Assembly (NCBI GenBank): GCA_963514005.1
Contig: OY740783.1
Coordinates: forward strand, 120,404,001-120,468,000
From: Raja brachyura
Lineage: Eukaryota
Direction of reading: 5' to 3'
Length of the DNA: 64,000 nucleotides
This document shows, piece after piece, positions 12,779 to 26,501 of this stretch (within the stretch, counting starts at the first letter, position 1; the number at the start of each line of letters is the position of its first letter). A program made the position numbers and the translations under genes. Under the pieces are notes generated by a model that saw only the letters and a program-made list of their open reading frames with translations, was not told where the DNA came from and did no database searches.

Positions 12779-14057
12779 TCACAAACCATTTAGATCTTAG
12801 AACACAGAACACTAAGACAGCGCAGCGCCTCTGAACCCTCTTTCAGCACAGTGGGGGAAAGAAACAGAGAGAGAGAAACAAAAAAAAACAGAGAGAGGGG
12901 GATGAAAACAGAGACAGAGAAAAAACTTGAGAATGTCAGGGAGACAGAGGGAGAGAAAGAAAAGAGAGAAACAAAGGGAAGACAATAATGAGCAAAAAAC
13001 AGAGAGATACAGAGGGAGATGACAGAGGGGAGAGACTTGGAATTCTACAACACTTTTAACAGGACAGAGAACAGAAGAACATAGGAACAAGCCCTTCTAC
13101 TCACAATGTCTGTGGCGAACATGTTGCTGTTAAATTAATCTCCTCTGTCTGCATATCATCCATATCCCTCCACTCCCTGCCTATCCATGTGTCTATCCTG
13201 TCAAAAAAAAAGTATCTTAAACAGCACTACCGCATCTACCTCCTCCACCACCTCCAGCAGTGTGTTCCAGGCACTCATCACCCTCAATGTAAAAAATAAC
13301 TTGCCTCACACATGTCCTTTAAACTTTTCTCCTCTCACCTCTAGTCTTTGATATTTCCACCCAGGGGGAAAAAAACACGTTCTGACTGTCTGATCCCTTC
13401 AATGCCTCGCATAGTTTTGGAATTCTTGGTTCTCAACTGAACTTACTTTTTCACCTCTCCAAAGCCAGAGGATACATAATTTCTCGCTGTCTACCTCCAT
13501 GTCTCACAAGGAACAGGAAACGCGGTGAGGTGAGATCTTAAAGGAGTTTAAAGGAGTATAACTCAATGGCTTAGGCAGCATCGCTGGCAGACGTGGATAG
13601 GTGACATTTCGGGTCAGGGCCCTTGTTCAGACTGATGGTAGTAAGATGGGGGGGGGGGGGGGGGGCTCGAAGAGAGATCAGGGAAGCAGTATTTAATTAC
13701 CACGGGACTGACAATGGAACAATAACAATTCTTTAAAAATACAGCAAGTGCTGGAGTAACTCAGCAGGCCGGATAGCATCTCTGGAGAACATGGATAGGT
13801 GAGATTTCGGGTCGAGACCCTTCTTCAGACTCATGGGACACTCTTTACGCCGCCGAGAGTTTGCAGCGTTTACTAATACATTGAACTCGGTACAGTCCTC
13901 TAAATGGAAAACTATATGCCAGGATTGTAAAATGTTTCCGCGTCAGAGAGAGAGAGAGAGAGAGAAAGAGAGAAGGAGATAACCAAGGATCCCCTAGTCT
14001 TGTGGGTCGGTTGACCCAGCCGTTAGCCTGCGATGGAGATAAGGGAACGGGACATAC

Positions 14058-14115
14058 CGGAGACAGCGACCGCCGATAACAGCAACGAGAAGACCAAGAG
14101 GGAGCGGGGCACCAT
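14058..14115 (-). CDS. Siglec-15-like receptor, exon 1 (signal peptide MVPRSLLVFSLLLSAVAVS-G)
   Basis: ATG at 14115-14113, hydrophobic signal peptide, then a phase-1 donor G|GTATGT that splices in frame to the V-set exon (…AVS-G-GLEEPVF). Confidence 0.8.
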
Positions 14116-14164
14116 TCTCACGCCGGACACGCTGCTGCGAAGGCCGGGTCGATCAGAAAAGCGC

Positions 14165-14460
14165 GTCGCTTCCTCCTTAGCCGTAGAAGCGAAAGTGAGA
14201 CTGTTGCACATTCCGCGCCAGCAGCACCGAATCTGGGTGAACCATAAAAGGCAGTTGAGTGACGGCGTTTCACTGGTTACTGAGGGTGGGGGTGTGGGTG
14301 TGGGTGTGGGTGAGGGTGTGGGTGTGGGTGGGGGTGGGGGTAGTGCCAAGCCTTCTCCTCAGAGGGCGCCGAGATACAATCTCCCTCCACACTCGCCACT
14401 GGAGGAGGAGCGGCGCCTCTTCCCCGTTGAGGCGGGTCAGTCCCGTTTCCTAAAAATAAA
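14165..14460 (-). promoter_or_regulatory. Putative promoter/5'UTR of the Siglec-15-like gene
   Basis: IRF-like AAGCGAAAGT (14187-14196), ETS cores, a GC-box-like gaggcgggt and a (GGGTGT)n tract just upstream of the ATG. Confidence 0.4.
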
Positions 14461-17400
14461 AAACCATGCCAGCGGCTTGTTGTAGGTTTATTATAACACG
14501 CAGGGGGGTGGTGTGCAATCACTTTCATTGGACACAGAACAGTACTGACTGAGGAAGGGTTCCGACCCCAAACGTCACCTACCCATGTCGCCCAGGGATG
14601 CTGCCTGGCCCGCTGAGTTACCCCAGCTCTTTGTGTGCAGCATGGAACAGCACAGCACTGGAATGGCTCCTTCGGCCCACAATGTCTGCTCTGAAAATGA
14701 TACATAAAGTCATGAGGAATAAGACTAGACTTGGGCCATTCGGCCCATCTATCTCTCCCTCCCAACTCCATTATCCTACTTTCTCCCCATAACCATATAA
14801 CCATATAACAATTACAGCACGGAAACAGGCCTTCTCGGCCCTTCCAGTCCATGCCGACCATTTATTTTCCCCTAGTCCCATCTACCTGCACTCAGACCAT
14901 ACCCCTCCATTCCCTTCCCGTCCATGTACCTATCCACTTTACTTTTAAATGTTAAAATCGATCCTGCCCCCACCACTTCTGCAGGAAGATCATTCCACAC
15001 AGCCACCACTCTCTGAGTAAAGAAGTTCCCCCTCATGTTACCCCTAAACTTCTGTCCCTTAATTCTCATGTCATGCCCTCTTGTTTGATACCTCTAATAC
15101 CTGTACCAATCAAGATACAAAGATAACGTAAACTCCTCTGCCCACACGTGATCCAAATAAAACCATTCCCTGTATATTCATGTGCCACCTAAAAGCCCCT
15201 TCATTGTCACTATCGTATCTGGCTTCACCACCACCCCTTCCACGTACGCACCACTCTCTTTGCAAAAACAAAAACAAAATCTCGCCCTGCACATCTCTTT
15301 AAACCCCCCCCCCTTCTAATTGACATTACCCGCCTGGGGAAACAAGTTCTGACTCTATTTATGCCTCTGATAATTCTATACACTTCTTTCCTCTCGACTA
15401 TCCCTCCTATCGGGGTAATCTGACCGCCTATAGACACAAAATGCTGGAGTATCTCAGCGGGTCAGGCAGCATCTCTGGAGAGAAGGAACGAGTGACGTTT
15501 TTGTGTCGAAACCCTTCTTCACACTAACTCGCCTCAGCTATCTACCCCTTCGGATGGGAAATATACCCTATCTCCCACGAGTGGTAAATCCGAGTGGAAG
15601 ATCCTTCTTCCCTGTGGCTACCAAACGTTACATCTCCTCCCACTTCTGTCGGGGGGTAGACTGAGACTGACTCCCACTCCCACCCCCATCCAATCTTTGC
15701 ACATCCCCCAAGCCTTTCCAATCGTCCCTTTAATTTTATGTTTCGTGTATTTGGTATTTTAATGACTGTTGGCAGATCAATTTCCCTCATGGGATAAATA
15801 AAGTTCTATCGTATGGTATCGTAATCTGGCCAGGCCGAGAGTCAATGTGATCCCCATGTCATCTGTCCCCTCGGCAACTCCCAGGGCATAATATTCTCCA
15901 AAGACACGTAAATACAGAAAGTGTTTTTGAGAGAAGCCGACAAGCGTTATCCTCTCTCAAAAACACTTTCTGAGGAAGTGAGGAATGGAGAAACATACCG
16001 CCGGGTAATATTCGCTCACTTTGTTCTGTGGAACTTGGTGTCGTGGGGAGAATCCCTCGGAAGAGAGTGAATCTTGGAGGAGGAGCATTGTTGTGTCATT
16101 GGAGACTGGATAGGCTGGGGCTTTCTACATGGGAGGCCGAGGGGTTTAACCTCCATTCATAAGGTTCATAAGGTTTATAAACCTTATGGGGGTTTATAAA
16201 TCATGAGGGGCATAGGACGCCCACAGTCTTCCCCCCCCCCCCCCCCCCCCCCCAATGTAGGGAGTCTATAACACTCGAGGGCAAAATGTTAAGGTAATGG
16301 GGACAATGACACTCCGCGTTATCAGGAAACGTGGATGTGTTAAGTTTGGTCAGCAGATTCCTGTCTGTTATCGCTTGGCGTTGGAAAGCACAGACTCAGA
16401 CACGTGTGCTGTGGCTCGGGTACTTTGGCCGAATTCCCAGAGGGGAATTCCGTTCTCCGCGGGCTCTTGGAAGCTGAGCTGCGTGCAATCCCCGCCCTAC
16501 CAAACATCACAAAGCGCTGGAGTAATTCAGCGGAAGCAGCATCTCTGGAGAATATGAATAGGTGACATTTGGGATTGGGACTTCTGAAAAGGGTGTTTGA
16601 TGAAGGGTCCTGGCCCGAAATGTTACTTATCCATGCACCCCAGGGATGCTGCCTGACCGACTGAGTTAGTTCAGCATTTTGTGGCTTCTTTTTGTAAACC
16701 AGCATCTGCAGTTCCTTGTTTCTACAGCCCCCGAAACATCGTCTGTCCATCCCTCCGCAGATGCTGTCTGACCCGCTGAGTTCCTGCTGCATTTTGTGCT
16801 TTGCTCTGTGAATAAAGATAGGAAGGATGCAGCAGGGTCAGTGCTTTTAGCCCAGGTCTAGTTGCTTACCCACCTCGGACGACTAATTCTAGTCTGAAGA
16901 TTTCAACTTTCAGCAACGTAATTGCTGTGGTCACCATCTGCTTATTTTTACTGAGAGTTAGTCATAGAGTGATAGTGTGGAAAAAGACCCTTCGGCCCAA
17001 CTTGCCCACACCGGCCAACATGTTCCAGCTACACTATTCCCACCTGCCTGAGTTTGGTCCCTATCCCTCTAAACCTGTCCTATCCATGCACCTGTCTGTT
17101 CCTTAAACATAGCAATAGACCCAGCCTCAACTACCTCCTCTGGCAGCTCATTCCATACATCCATTACCCTTTGTGTGAAAACGTTACCCCTCAGATTCCT
17201 ATTAAATCTTTTCCCCTTCACCTTAAACCTATGTCATCTGGTCCTCGAGTCACTTACTTGGTCCTCGATTCACCTAATATCCTTTCATCAGGGGCGCCAG
17301 GGCGATGGCTGCCCTGCCGGCAGTCTGTTTGTTTTTTTCATTCTTTTTGTTATTTTTTAGTGTGTGTAAAGTTTGTTTTAATGTTCTTCAGTTTGTTTAA

Positions 17401-17898
17401 TGTGGGGGGAGGGGAGTGGGAATCAGGTGAAACTTTTTTTCAAGTTCTTACCTTGCCGGAGATGTGATTAATTTTCAGATCACATTCTCCGGCCGCTCTG
17501 TGGCCTTCCATCGATGGAGCTGGAAGCCTCCTTGGACTGACTTTGAGCCCTATCGCGGGGTGCGGACTTAACATCGGAGCTGATCTCTAGCCTGGGATTG
17601 CTCCCACCGCGGACTTTACCATCAAGCTCGCAGTTGGGAGAGGCTAGCCGGGAAGCTCCAACATTGCGGTAGGTTCGACCAACCCCGACGCGATGTTCGA
17701 TCGCCTGGCACGGGGGAGCTGACATCCCCCCCGATGCGGGGGCTGATCACCTCGATGCAGAGGGCCCAAACACCACCGGCTACGGAAGTCACAATCGTCC
17801 TGTTAACGGGGGCTCGAGGCCCACGACCGAGGAAGAAGTAAGGGAAGGACTTGAACTTTATTTTGTCTTCCATCACAGTGAGGAATGTGGAGGAGTCA

Positions 17899-18093
17899 AG
17901 GGCCTGTCCCACTTGGGCGTCATTTGCGTGACACACAGATGCGCGTGCGAAGATTTAGCACATGCCAAAATCCTGGGGCGCCATGCGCGACCGCGCGTCA
18001 CTGCCTACGTCACCACGCACCATGCACATGTAATGACGGGTAAATGATGTCGCGTAAATTACACGCAAATGAGGCCCAAGTGGGCCAGGCCCT
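17899..18093. mobile_element. PIF/Harbinger-like MITE
   Basis: TIRs AGGGCCTGTCCCACTTGGGC / GCCCAAGTGGGCCAGGCCCT with 3-bp TSD TCA. Confidence 0.75.
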
Positions 18094-19639
18094 TCACTGT
18101 GGTGGATGTTCATGTTAAAATGTGTTTTTGAGTGATCTGTTGCTTTTAATTGTATGACTGACCTAGCCAATGAAATTCCTCGTATGTTGCAAAACATACT
18201 TGGCGAATAAAGTGTGATTCTGATTCTGATCTTTTGGAAACTAGCAAAACTAGTTTTAAATTTGAGGTTAAATGCAGGGGAAGTTCATGCAAGCTCAGGG
18301 TATTTCCTGAAATGTAATGACTCATGGACTAATACCTAAAGGAATTAACTGTTCGTGGAGGAATTGTTTATAGATTTACAAATTTCACAATGAGCTCATG
18401 TAACAGATGAAAGGGGCAAAGTTCAAATGTGATGTACAGGGCAAGTTTTTTGTTTAACACCACAGAGGGTGGTGAGTGCTTGGAATATATATATATATAT
18501 ATATACCTGCGTGTGTATATATGTATATAAATATATATTCATTGGTATATGGTCAGACTGATCAGTTCTGTTCTGTATTTATTTATGTCTACTATATTCT
18601 GGAACACATGACAAAAAACTCTCTCTTGAATCTTGAATCTTGAACACGTTGCCAAGGGTGGTGGTGGAGGCATATAAGATAGTGGCGTTTGTGCAGTTTT
18701 CAGATAGGCACAAGGATATGCAGGGAATGGAAGAATATGGAATACGTGCAGGCAGAGGGAATTAGTTTAACTACTCATCATGTTCGTCATGGACATTATG
18801 TGTATACTGTGCTGCACTGTTCTCTGTTTTATGTGCTCAACTGAGAACTGCATCAGTACCAAAGCGGGAAGTCCTAGCACTGTGTAAGAAGGAACTACAG
18901 ATGCTGGTTTACACTGAAGACAGCCACAAAATTCTGCAGTAACTCAGCCGGTCAAGCAAAAATGAAAAGGTGCAGTTTCAGATGGGCGAGCCTTCATCAG
19001 ACTGAGTCAGGGAGGGTGAAACTAGAGTTATGGGAAGGTTCAGGACCCGTTTCAGGTCGAGACCCTTCATCAGATTGAGAATCAGGGAGGGGGAAATGAG
19101 GTATGTGAAGTTACCTCCCCATACCTCTAGCTTCCCCCTCCCTGACTCTCAGTCTAATGAAGGGTCTCGACCCGAAACGTCACCTATTCCTTTTCTCCAG
19201 AGATGCTGCCTGACCCGCTGAGTTACTCCAGTATTTTGTGTCTATTTTTAGTGTTAGCAATGATTTGGGAAGTCCCTACCCACAAAAGGTAGTGGTGCGC
19301 TTGTGCCTTATGGAAATAGTAATACAGGGGCCTGGACTAAAATAGAGAACTGAATCTGACGTACACTACAGCAGCTGCAAAATTTGCATTCAGTTAATTA
19401 ACTTTAATTTAAACTAATCATCAGCATTGATAACTTCAAGAAATGTTTGTTGTAAAATCCATCTGGTTCAATTAACACCTTCAGCAGAGGACATCTGCCC
19501 AGCATTACTCGATGAGGTGGAATTTCTTTAGTCAGAGGGTTGTGAATCTGTGGAATTCATTGCCACAAAAGGCTGTGGAGGCCAAGTCAATGGATATTTT
19601 TATGGTGGACTGACAGATTTTTCATTAGTACGAGTGTCA

Positions 19640-22110
19640 GAGGTTGTGCGATTGGGTGAATCATATAGATTGGGTGAATCAAATTGGCAGGGATGCTGAG
19701 GAAGAGGATTTCTTGGAATGTATGCAGGATAGTTTTCTAAACCAACATGTAGAGGAACCAACGAGAGAGCAGGCTATTCTAGACTGGGTATTGAGTAATG
19801 AGGAAGGGTTAGTTAGCAGTTTTGTTGTGCGTGGCCCCTTGGGCAAGAGTTACCATAATATGGTTGAGTTCTTCATTAGGATGGAGAGTGACATAATTAA
19901 TTCAGAAACAAGGGTTCTGAACTTTAAGAAAGGTAACTTTAATGTTTAATGTTTAATGTTTATTCATGGATAACCCCTTGAGATGGACAGTCATCTCGCT
20001 TTTGAGGGGGTCCAACATAGAACATACAGCACAAGACATAACATACATAGAGGCTCTCATTGACCCACCTACCCACACACCAATCCTAAAACCCCTCCAT
20101 CCCCACTTGTTATAGTTTATAACAATTGTTAATTGACTTTACATATCCAATAATAATAAGTAATGTGTTACAGCATAATGTTGATGCATAATACCATATA
20201 CCACCTATCATACATCGTACGTTAATACATACTATCAACATTATTACATGATATATTATTTCATAGTATTGTGACATAATACAATATAAGACCTTGTTAC
20301 ACTATGCAATACAATAATACATAAGTGTAATGGCCACGCATATACAATAGCTATGCCAAATGATCACACACAGAGCAAGCTAGATAAAGGAGCTCGAAGA
20401 CTCTAATACTAGAAACAGGTACATGGTTTTATAAGTAAGGGTAAAAGTGTATTTTTAAATAGACGAAATGAGCTAATAGTTCTTATGGTACTAGGCAGAG
20501 TGTTCCAGTCAGAAGGAGCTTTGAATTTAAATGCACGTCTCCCAATTTCTTTGTTAGTTCTTGGAATGAAAAAGAAGGGCTGCTGAATATGTCTTAGCGA
20601 ATATGAGGGTGTGTATGATAATAGGTCTTGTTTTAAATAAGAAGGGTAATTGAGATGGATGCATTTAAAGATGAACTGGAACCAGTGGTAGCATCTTCGA
20701 GCGTGGGGGGATAACCAGTTTAGAGTTTCGTACATAGAACAGTGGTGAGTTAGATATGGACACCTTAAAATAAATCTGCAGAGACTATTATAAACTACAT
20801 TGAGGGTTTGAAGATGTGTATCAAATGTATTCTGATAGACAATATCAGCATAATCCAGTGTTGGTAGCAGTAGTTGAGAGACAATTATTTTTCTCATCTG
20901 AAAGGTGAAACAATTTATATGGCGGTAAAGAATAGCTAGATTACAGCTGAGTTTTTTAGTAATCGTCTCAATATGCTGCGTAAATGAAAGCGTTGGGTCG
21001 AGCCAAACACCAAGATATTTGAAGTTCAATACTTGTTCTAATGGTGATCCTTCATTAAATGATATAGTCAGATCTACAGAATTACCAAGGCCTTGTCTGG
21101 TACCAAATAACATACTGCATGATTTATTTTTATTTAAAATTAATTTGTTAAATAATAGCCATTTCTGAACAGAAGTAAGATCTGATTGAAGGGATCTTTC
21201 AATTTCAGACTTGTTAGTACTAGATGTATATAGCACTGCATCATCAGCATATAGTTGTGTTTGACAGTCAAAAGAAATATTAGGGAGGTCGTTTATGAAA
21301 TTAGAGAAAAGGAGTGGTCCCAAAGACGAACCTTGCGGGACCCCCTTCTCAACAATTAAGGAATTGGATTGACTTCCATTAAAGGTAACACATTGGCGTC
21401 TGTTATGAAGGTATGAGTTAAACCACAGTAGATTGTTTTGAGAAAGACCAATTGAGTAAAGTTTATCAAGCAGTAGGTAGTGGTCAACAACATCAAAGGC
21501 CTTGTTTAAATCAAGAAAGATGGCACCGGTGAGTTTACCATCCTCAGAAGCAGAGAACACATCGCTGGTGAGTTTTAACAAAGCTGTAGTTGTTCTTCAT
21601 TAGGATGGAGAGTGACAGAATGAATTCAGGAACAAGGGTTCTGAACTTAAAGAAAGGTAACTTTGAAGGTATGAGACGTGAATTGGCCAAGATAGACTGG
21701 CAAGTGATTCTTAAAGGGTTGACAGTGGATGTGCAATGGAAGGCATTTAAAGACTGCATGGATGAACTACAACAACTGTTCATCCCAGTTTGTCAAAAGA
21801 ATAAATCAGGGAAGGTAGTGCATCCGTGGATAACAAGGGAAATCAGGGATAGTATCAAAACAAAAGATGAAGCATACAAATTAGCCAGAAAAAGCAACCT
21901 ACGAGAGGACTGGGAGAAATTCAGAGTCCAGCAGGGGAGGACAAAAGGGTTAATTAGGAAAGGGAAAATAGATTATGAAAGAAAACTGGCAGGGAACATA
22001 AAAACTGAATGCAAAAGTTTTTATAGATATGTGAAGAGAAAAAGATTAATTAAAACAAATGTAGGTCCCTTGCAGTCAGAAACAGGTGAATAGATCATGG
22101 GGAACAAGGG
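19640..22110 (+). mobile_element. CR1 LINE ORF2 fragment (endonuclease end and linker), interrupted by another LINE
   Basis: QHVEEPTREQAILDWVLSNEEG…HNMVEF, continuing as RVLNLKKGNFEGMRREL…KSFYRYVKRK after the insertion. Confidence 0.85.
19941..21591 (-). mobile_element. 5'-truncated CR1/L2-group LINE with open RT ORF (20409-21581)
   Basis: FLDLNKAFDVVDH, GVPQGSSLGPLLF, LYADD, FKYLGV motifs; 3'UTR stem GAGATG…CATCTC and (AAACATT)n tail. Confidence 0.9.
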
Positions 22111-24470
22111 GTATGAAGAGAAGGCAGGTTCAGGATACTGAGTTGAATGATCAGCCATGATCATATTGAATGGTGGTGCAGGCTCGAAGGGCCGAATGGC
22201 CTACTCCTGCACCTATTTTCTATGTCTGTGTTTCTGTGAGGAAAGGACGAGAGAATGGGGTTGAGAGGGAAAGATAGATCAGCCATGATTGAATGGAGTA
22301 GTAGACTTGATGGGCTGAATGGCCTAACTCTGCTCCAAGAACTTTTGAACCTGGGCAGAGGTTCTTGTGTCTCCAAACCTACTTCTTCTTCTTGCATAGG
22401 GCGTGCACAGCCTAAAGTTGTAGGACAACTTGTTCTATTTGATCTTATTCGATTGTGCGCACCAGGCTGATTGCATTTGTCGAAAGGGCGGACCACGTGA
22501 AGGTTCCAATCTCCCACCCCTCCAAACCTACTCAATGCCGGAGTAATTTGACGCATCAGGCAGTATCTCTGGAGAAAGAAGAAATGTCCCAACCTGAAAC
22601 GTCATCTATTCTTTTTCTTCGGAGATGCTGCCTAACCCAGTGAGTTACTCCAACACTGTGTCTATCTCTGGTATAAACCACCATCTACAGTTCTTTGTTT
22701 CTACACCAATGCTGTTGACTGCTGACTACCATATGACTGACTAACAATCCCCTCTTAGAGAGCAATAAGGGAGGGACAATATTTGCCACGCTTAGTGATG
22801 ATGCCAAGGTCCTGAAGAATGGGTAAATAAAATGTGGGGCTTCGCACATAGCCTCAGTATCGTAGGGGATCGAGAGGGGCGGTGGGGGATGTAGAAGGCA
22901 GTCTTCTCAATAATCATCTACAACACATATTGACATTGGTTTATAGCTGTCAGGTATGGCAAGATACAGTGAATAGCTTTCTTTACATCTAATCACACCA
23001 TACATGCGTTCAATCAAGACATATACAAGTACAAGCATTCAAAACGTTCTGCATGTTTGGCTGTCCTGAAAGGTTAGATTACATGGGATCAAAACAGAGT
23101 TAGCTGAATGGATAGAAAATTGGCTTAATGGAAGGAAGAAGAGGGTGATGGTGCAAGGTTGCTTTTCGGAGGCCTGTGACAGTGGTGTTCCTCAGGCTTC
23201 GATGTTGGGCCCACTGCTGCTTGTCTTCTATACCAATGATTTGGATGAGAACATACAAGGCATGATCAGCAAGTTTGCTGATGACACAAAAGTGGGTGGA
23301 AATGTAGATAATAAAAATGGTTGTCAAAAACTACAGCAGGATCTTGATCGGATGGGCTGAGGAATGGTTAATGGAATGTATTACAGAAAAGGGAGAGGTG
23401 TTGCAGTTTACATGATGTAAACTCACTTATTTTAATGTATCCCATGAAGCTGAATCAATTGGAGTCATCTACTTGATTGTAGCACCTTGCCCTGAAAAGT
23501 TATTGCAAGATTCATGAAAGTTAATGTTGCTTACTGCAAGCAGACTTATTTAGTGTTTCCAAAGCTGCAGTTATTTTCCATATTTGGGCCTCTAGTTAGA
23601 GATATATTATAGTTATATAGTTAGTAATAATCTGTTGAAAACAAACTTTTCTAATGTACCTCATGAAGGTGAATCGATTGGAGTAATTTATTTGAATGTC
23701 GCACCTTGCCTCAAAAAGTCACTGCCAATTTCACGGAAGTCAATGCTGCTTTCTGCAAAAAGATTCATTCAGCGTTTCCAAAGCTCTAGAGGTATTTTCC
23801 ATATATCGACTGCTAACTAAATATAGTCATACCATGTTGTAAACCAACATTTTTAATGTATCTCATGAGGCTGAATCGATTGGTGGAATTTAGTTATTGT
23901 GGCAACGTAAATTTATTGCAGGATTCATGGAAATGAATGCTGCCTGCTGAAAATAGACTCATTCAGTGTTTCCAATGCTGTAGTTATTTTCCATATATAG
24001 GCTTCGACCTAAAATGCAATTAGTAATAACATGTTGTACGTTAACGTTTCTGATGTATCTCATCAAGCTGACTCGATTGGTGTTATTTCTTTGATTGCAG
24101 CAACTTGCCTTGAAAAGTTAGTGCCAGATTCATGGAAGTGAATACTATTTCAGCAAACAAACACATTCAGTATTTCCAAAGCTGTAGACTTATCCTCCAT
24201 ATATCTGCTTCTAACTAAAATGTAGTTAGTAATAACATGTTGTAAACAAACCGTTTTAATGTATCAGATGAAGCTGGATTGATTAGTGTAATTTATTTGA
24301 TTGTAGCACATTTCCTTGAATAGGTATTGCAGGATTCATGGAAGTGGACGCAGTTTGCTGCAGAGTAATTCCGTGTTTCCAATGCTGTAGTTATTGTCCA
24401 TATATCTGCCTCGAACTAAAATATAGTTAGTAATAATGTTATAAACTAACATTTCCAATGTATCTCATGA

Positions 24471-25046
24471 GCCTGAAAGGGAAAGTACCCGTACCACCCT
24501 CTCCCCGGGCACTTTCCCTTGCAAACGCAAAAGATGCTGCAGTTGTCGCTTTACCTTCCCCCCTCGACTCCATTCAAGGACCCAAGCAGTCGTTCCAGGT
24601 GCGACAGAGGTTCACTTGCACCTCCTCCAACCTCATCTATTGCATCCGCTGCTCCAGATGTCAGCTGATCTACATGGGTGAGACCGATCTGATCTCCTGG
24701 TGGCTCAGCACTTCAACTCCCCCTCCCATTTCGAATCCCTCCTTTCTGTCCTGGGCCTCCTCCATGGCCAGAGTGAGCACCACCGGAAATTGGAGGATCA
24801 GCACCTCATATTTCGGGCAGTTTACATCCCAGCGGCATGAACACTGACTTCTCCAATTTCCGGTAGCCCTTATTGTCTCCTCCCCTTCTCAGCCCTCTGG
24901 CTCCTCCTCTTAATTTCTTCTTCCCACCTCTGCCCACCCTACATCAGTCTGAAGAAGGGTTTTGGCCCGAAATGTTGCCTATTTCCTTCGCTCCATAGAT
25001 GCTGCCGCACCCGCTGAGTTTCTCCAGCACTTTTGTCAACCTTTTT
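24471..25046 (+). mobile_element. Penelope 3' fragment (GIY-YIG remnant) inserted in the satellite
   Basis: FTCTSSNLIYCIRCSRCQLIYMGET motif; aatgtatctcatga duplicated on both sides. Confidence 0.85.
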
Positions 25047-26501
25047 AATGTATCTCATGAAGCTGAATTGATTGGTGTCGTTTATTTGATTGTAGCACCC
25101 TGCCTTGAAAGGTTATAGACTAATTCAGTGTTTGCAAAGCTCCAGAAGTATTTTTAATATATCGGCTTCTAACCAAATTGTAGTTAGTAACAACATCTTG
25201 TTATCTTACTTTTCCGATATATCTCGTGCAGCTGAATTGAATGGTGTTATTTATTTGATGGTTGCCCCTTGCCCTGCAAGGTTACTACAAGATTCATGGA
25301 AGTGAATGCTGCTTTCTGCTAACAGGCTAATTCAGTGTTTCCAAAGCTGTAGAGGTATTTTCTATTTATCACCCTCTAACTAAAGCGTGGTTAGTAATAA
25401 CCTGTTGTAAACAATCTTTTCTGATGTATCTCGTGAAGCCGAATCGATAGGTGTTATTTATTTGATTGTAGCTCCTTGCCTTGGACAGTTACTGCAAGGT
25501 GTGTTGAAGTGAGTGTTTTCTGCAGACTAATTCAATATTTCCAAAGCTGTAGTTATTTTCCATATATCTGCCTCTAACTAAAATGTAGTTAGTAATCTTA
25601 CTTTTCTAATAAAGCTGAATCGATTCGTGACATTTATTTGATTGTAGCTCCTTGCCCTGCAAGGTTACTGGTAGTCAATGCTGCTTTCTACAAACAGACT
25701 AATTCAGTCTTTGCAAAGCTGCAGAGGTATTTTCCATTAATCGGCTTCTAACTGAAATGTAGTTGGTAATAACATGTTGTAAACCAACCTTTTTAATGTA
25801 TCTCATGAGACTGAATCGATTGGTCATTTTGTTATTGTGGCTCTTTGCCCTGAAAAGTTATTGCAGGATTCATGGTAGCGAATGCCATTTTCTAGACTAA
25901 TTCAGTGTTTCAAAAGCTGTAGTTATCTACATATATCGGCCTCTAACTAAAATAAAGTTAGTAATAACCTGTTACAAAACTAACTTTTCCAATGTATCTC
26001 ACGAAGCTGAATCAATTGGAGTCATTTATTTGATTGCTTCACCTTGCACTAAAAAGGTATTACAGAATTCATGGAAGTATATGTTGCTTGCTGCAAACAG
26101 AATAATCCAGTTTTTCCAAAGATGTATTATTTTCCATATATCATCCTCTAACTAACATGCAGTTAGTAATAGTGTTGTAAAATAACTATTTATGATGATA
26201 CTTTATTATCACTTGACCTAGTTAGGTGCAATTAAATTATTTGTTTTTGTATAAGGTGATTGCATGGCTGGTGAGGTCACGACACTTGCCCTGTATTGTT
26301 GCCACGCAGTGCCTTCTGGAGGACAAGCGGTGTACTGGAGGCAAGCAAGAATGTGTTGATTACCATGGCTGCCAGTACAGTGGGACCTTCTTCAGTCCCA
26401 GCAGCCGTTGAATTGTCGCCGGAGCTTGTTGGTACCATTTTACCACTCCTCCCAAAAATATGTCAGAGTATGTCAAGGAGGCCGATGACCAGGATTAACA
26501 A

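Noticed and set aside
12768-12840. Possible extra Siglec exon ending ACG|GTGAGG
   Set aside because: No signal peptide, and the phase-1 frame has an upstream stop; exon 14058-14115 already splices in frame
14023-14861. Pro/His/Thr-repeat ORFs
   Set aside because: Derived from the (GGGTGT)n microsatellite; only the signal-peptide segment is credible
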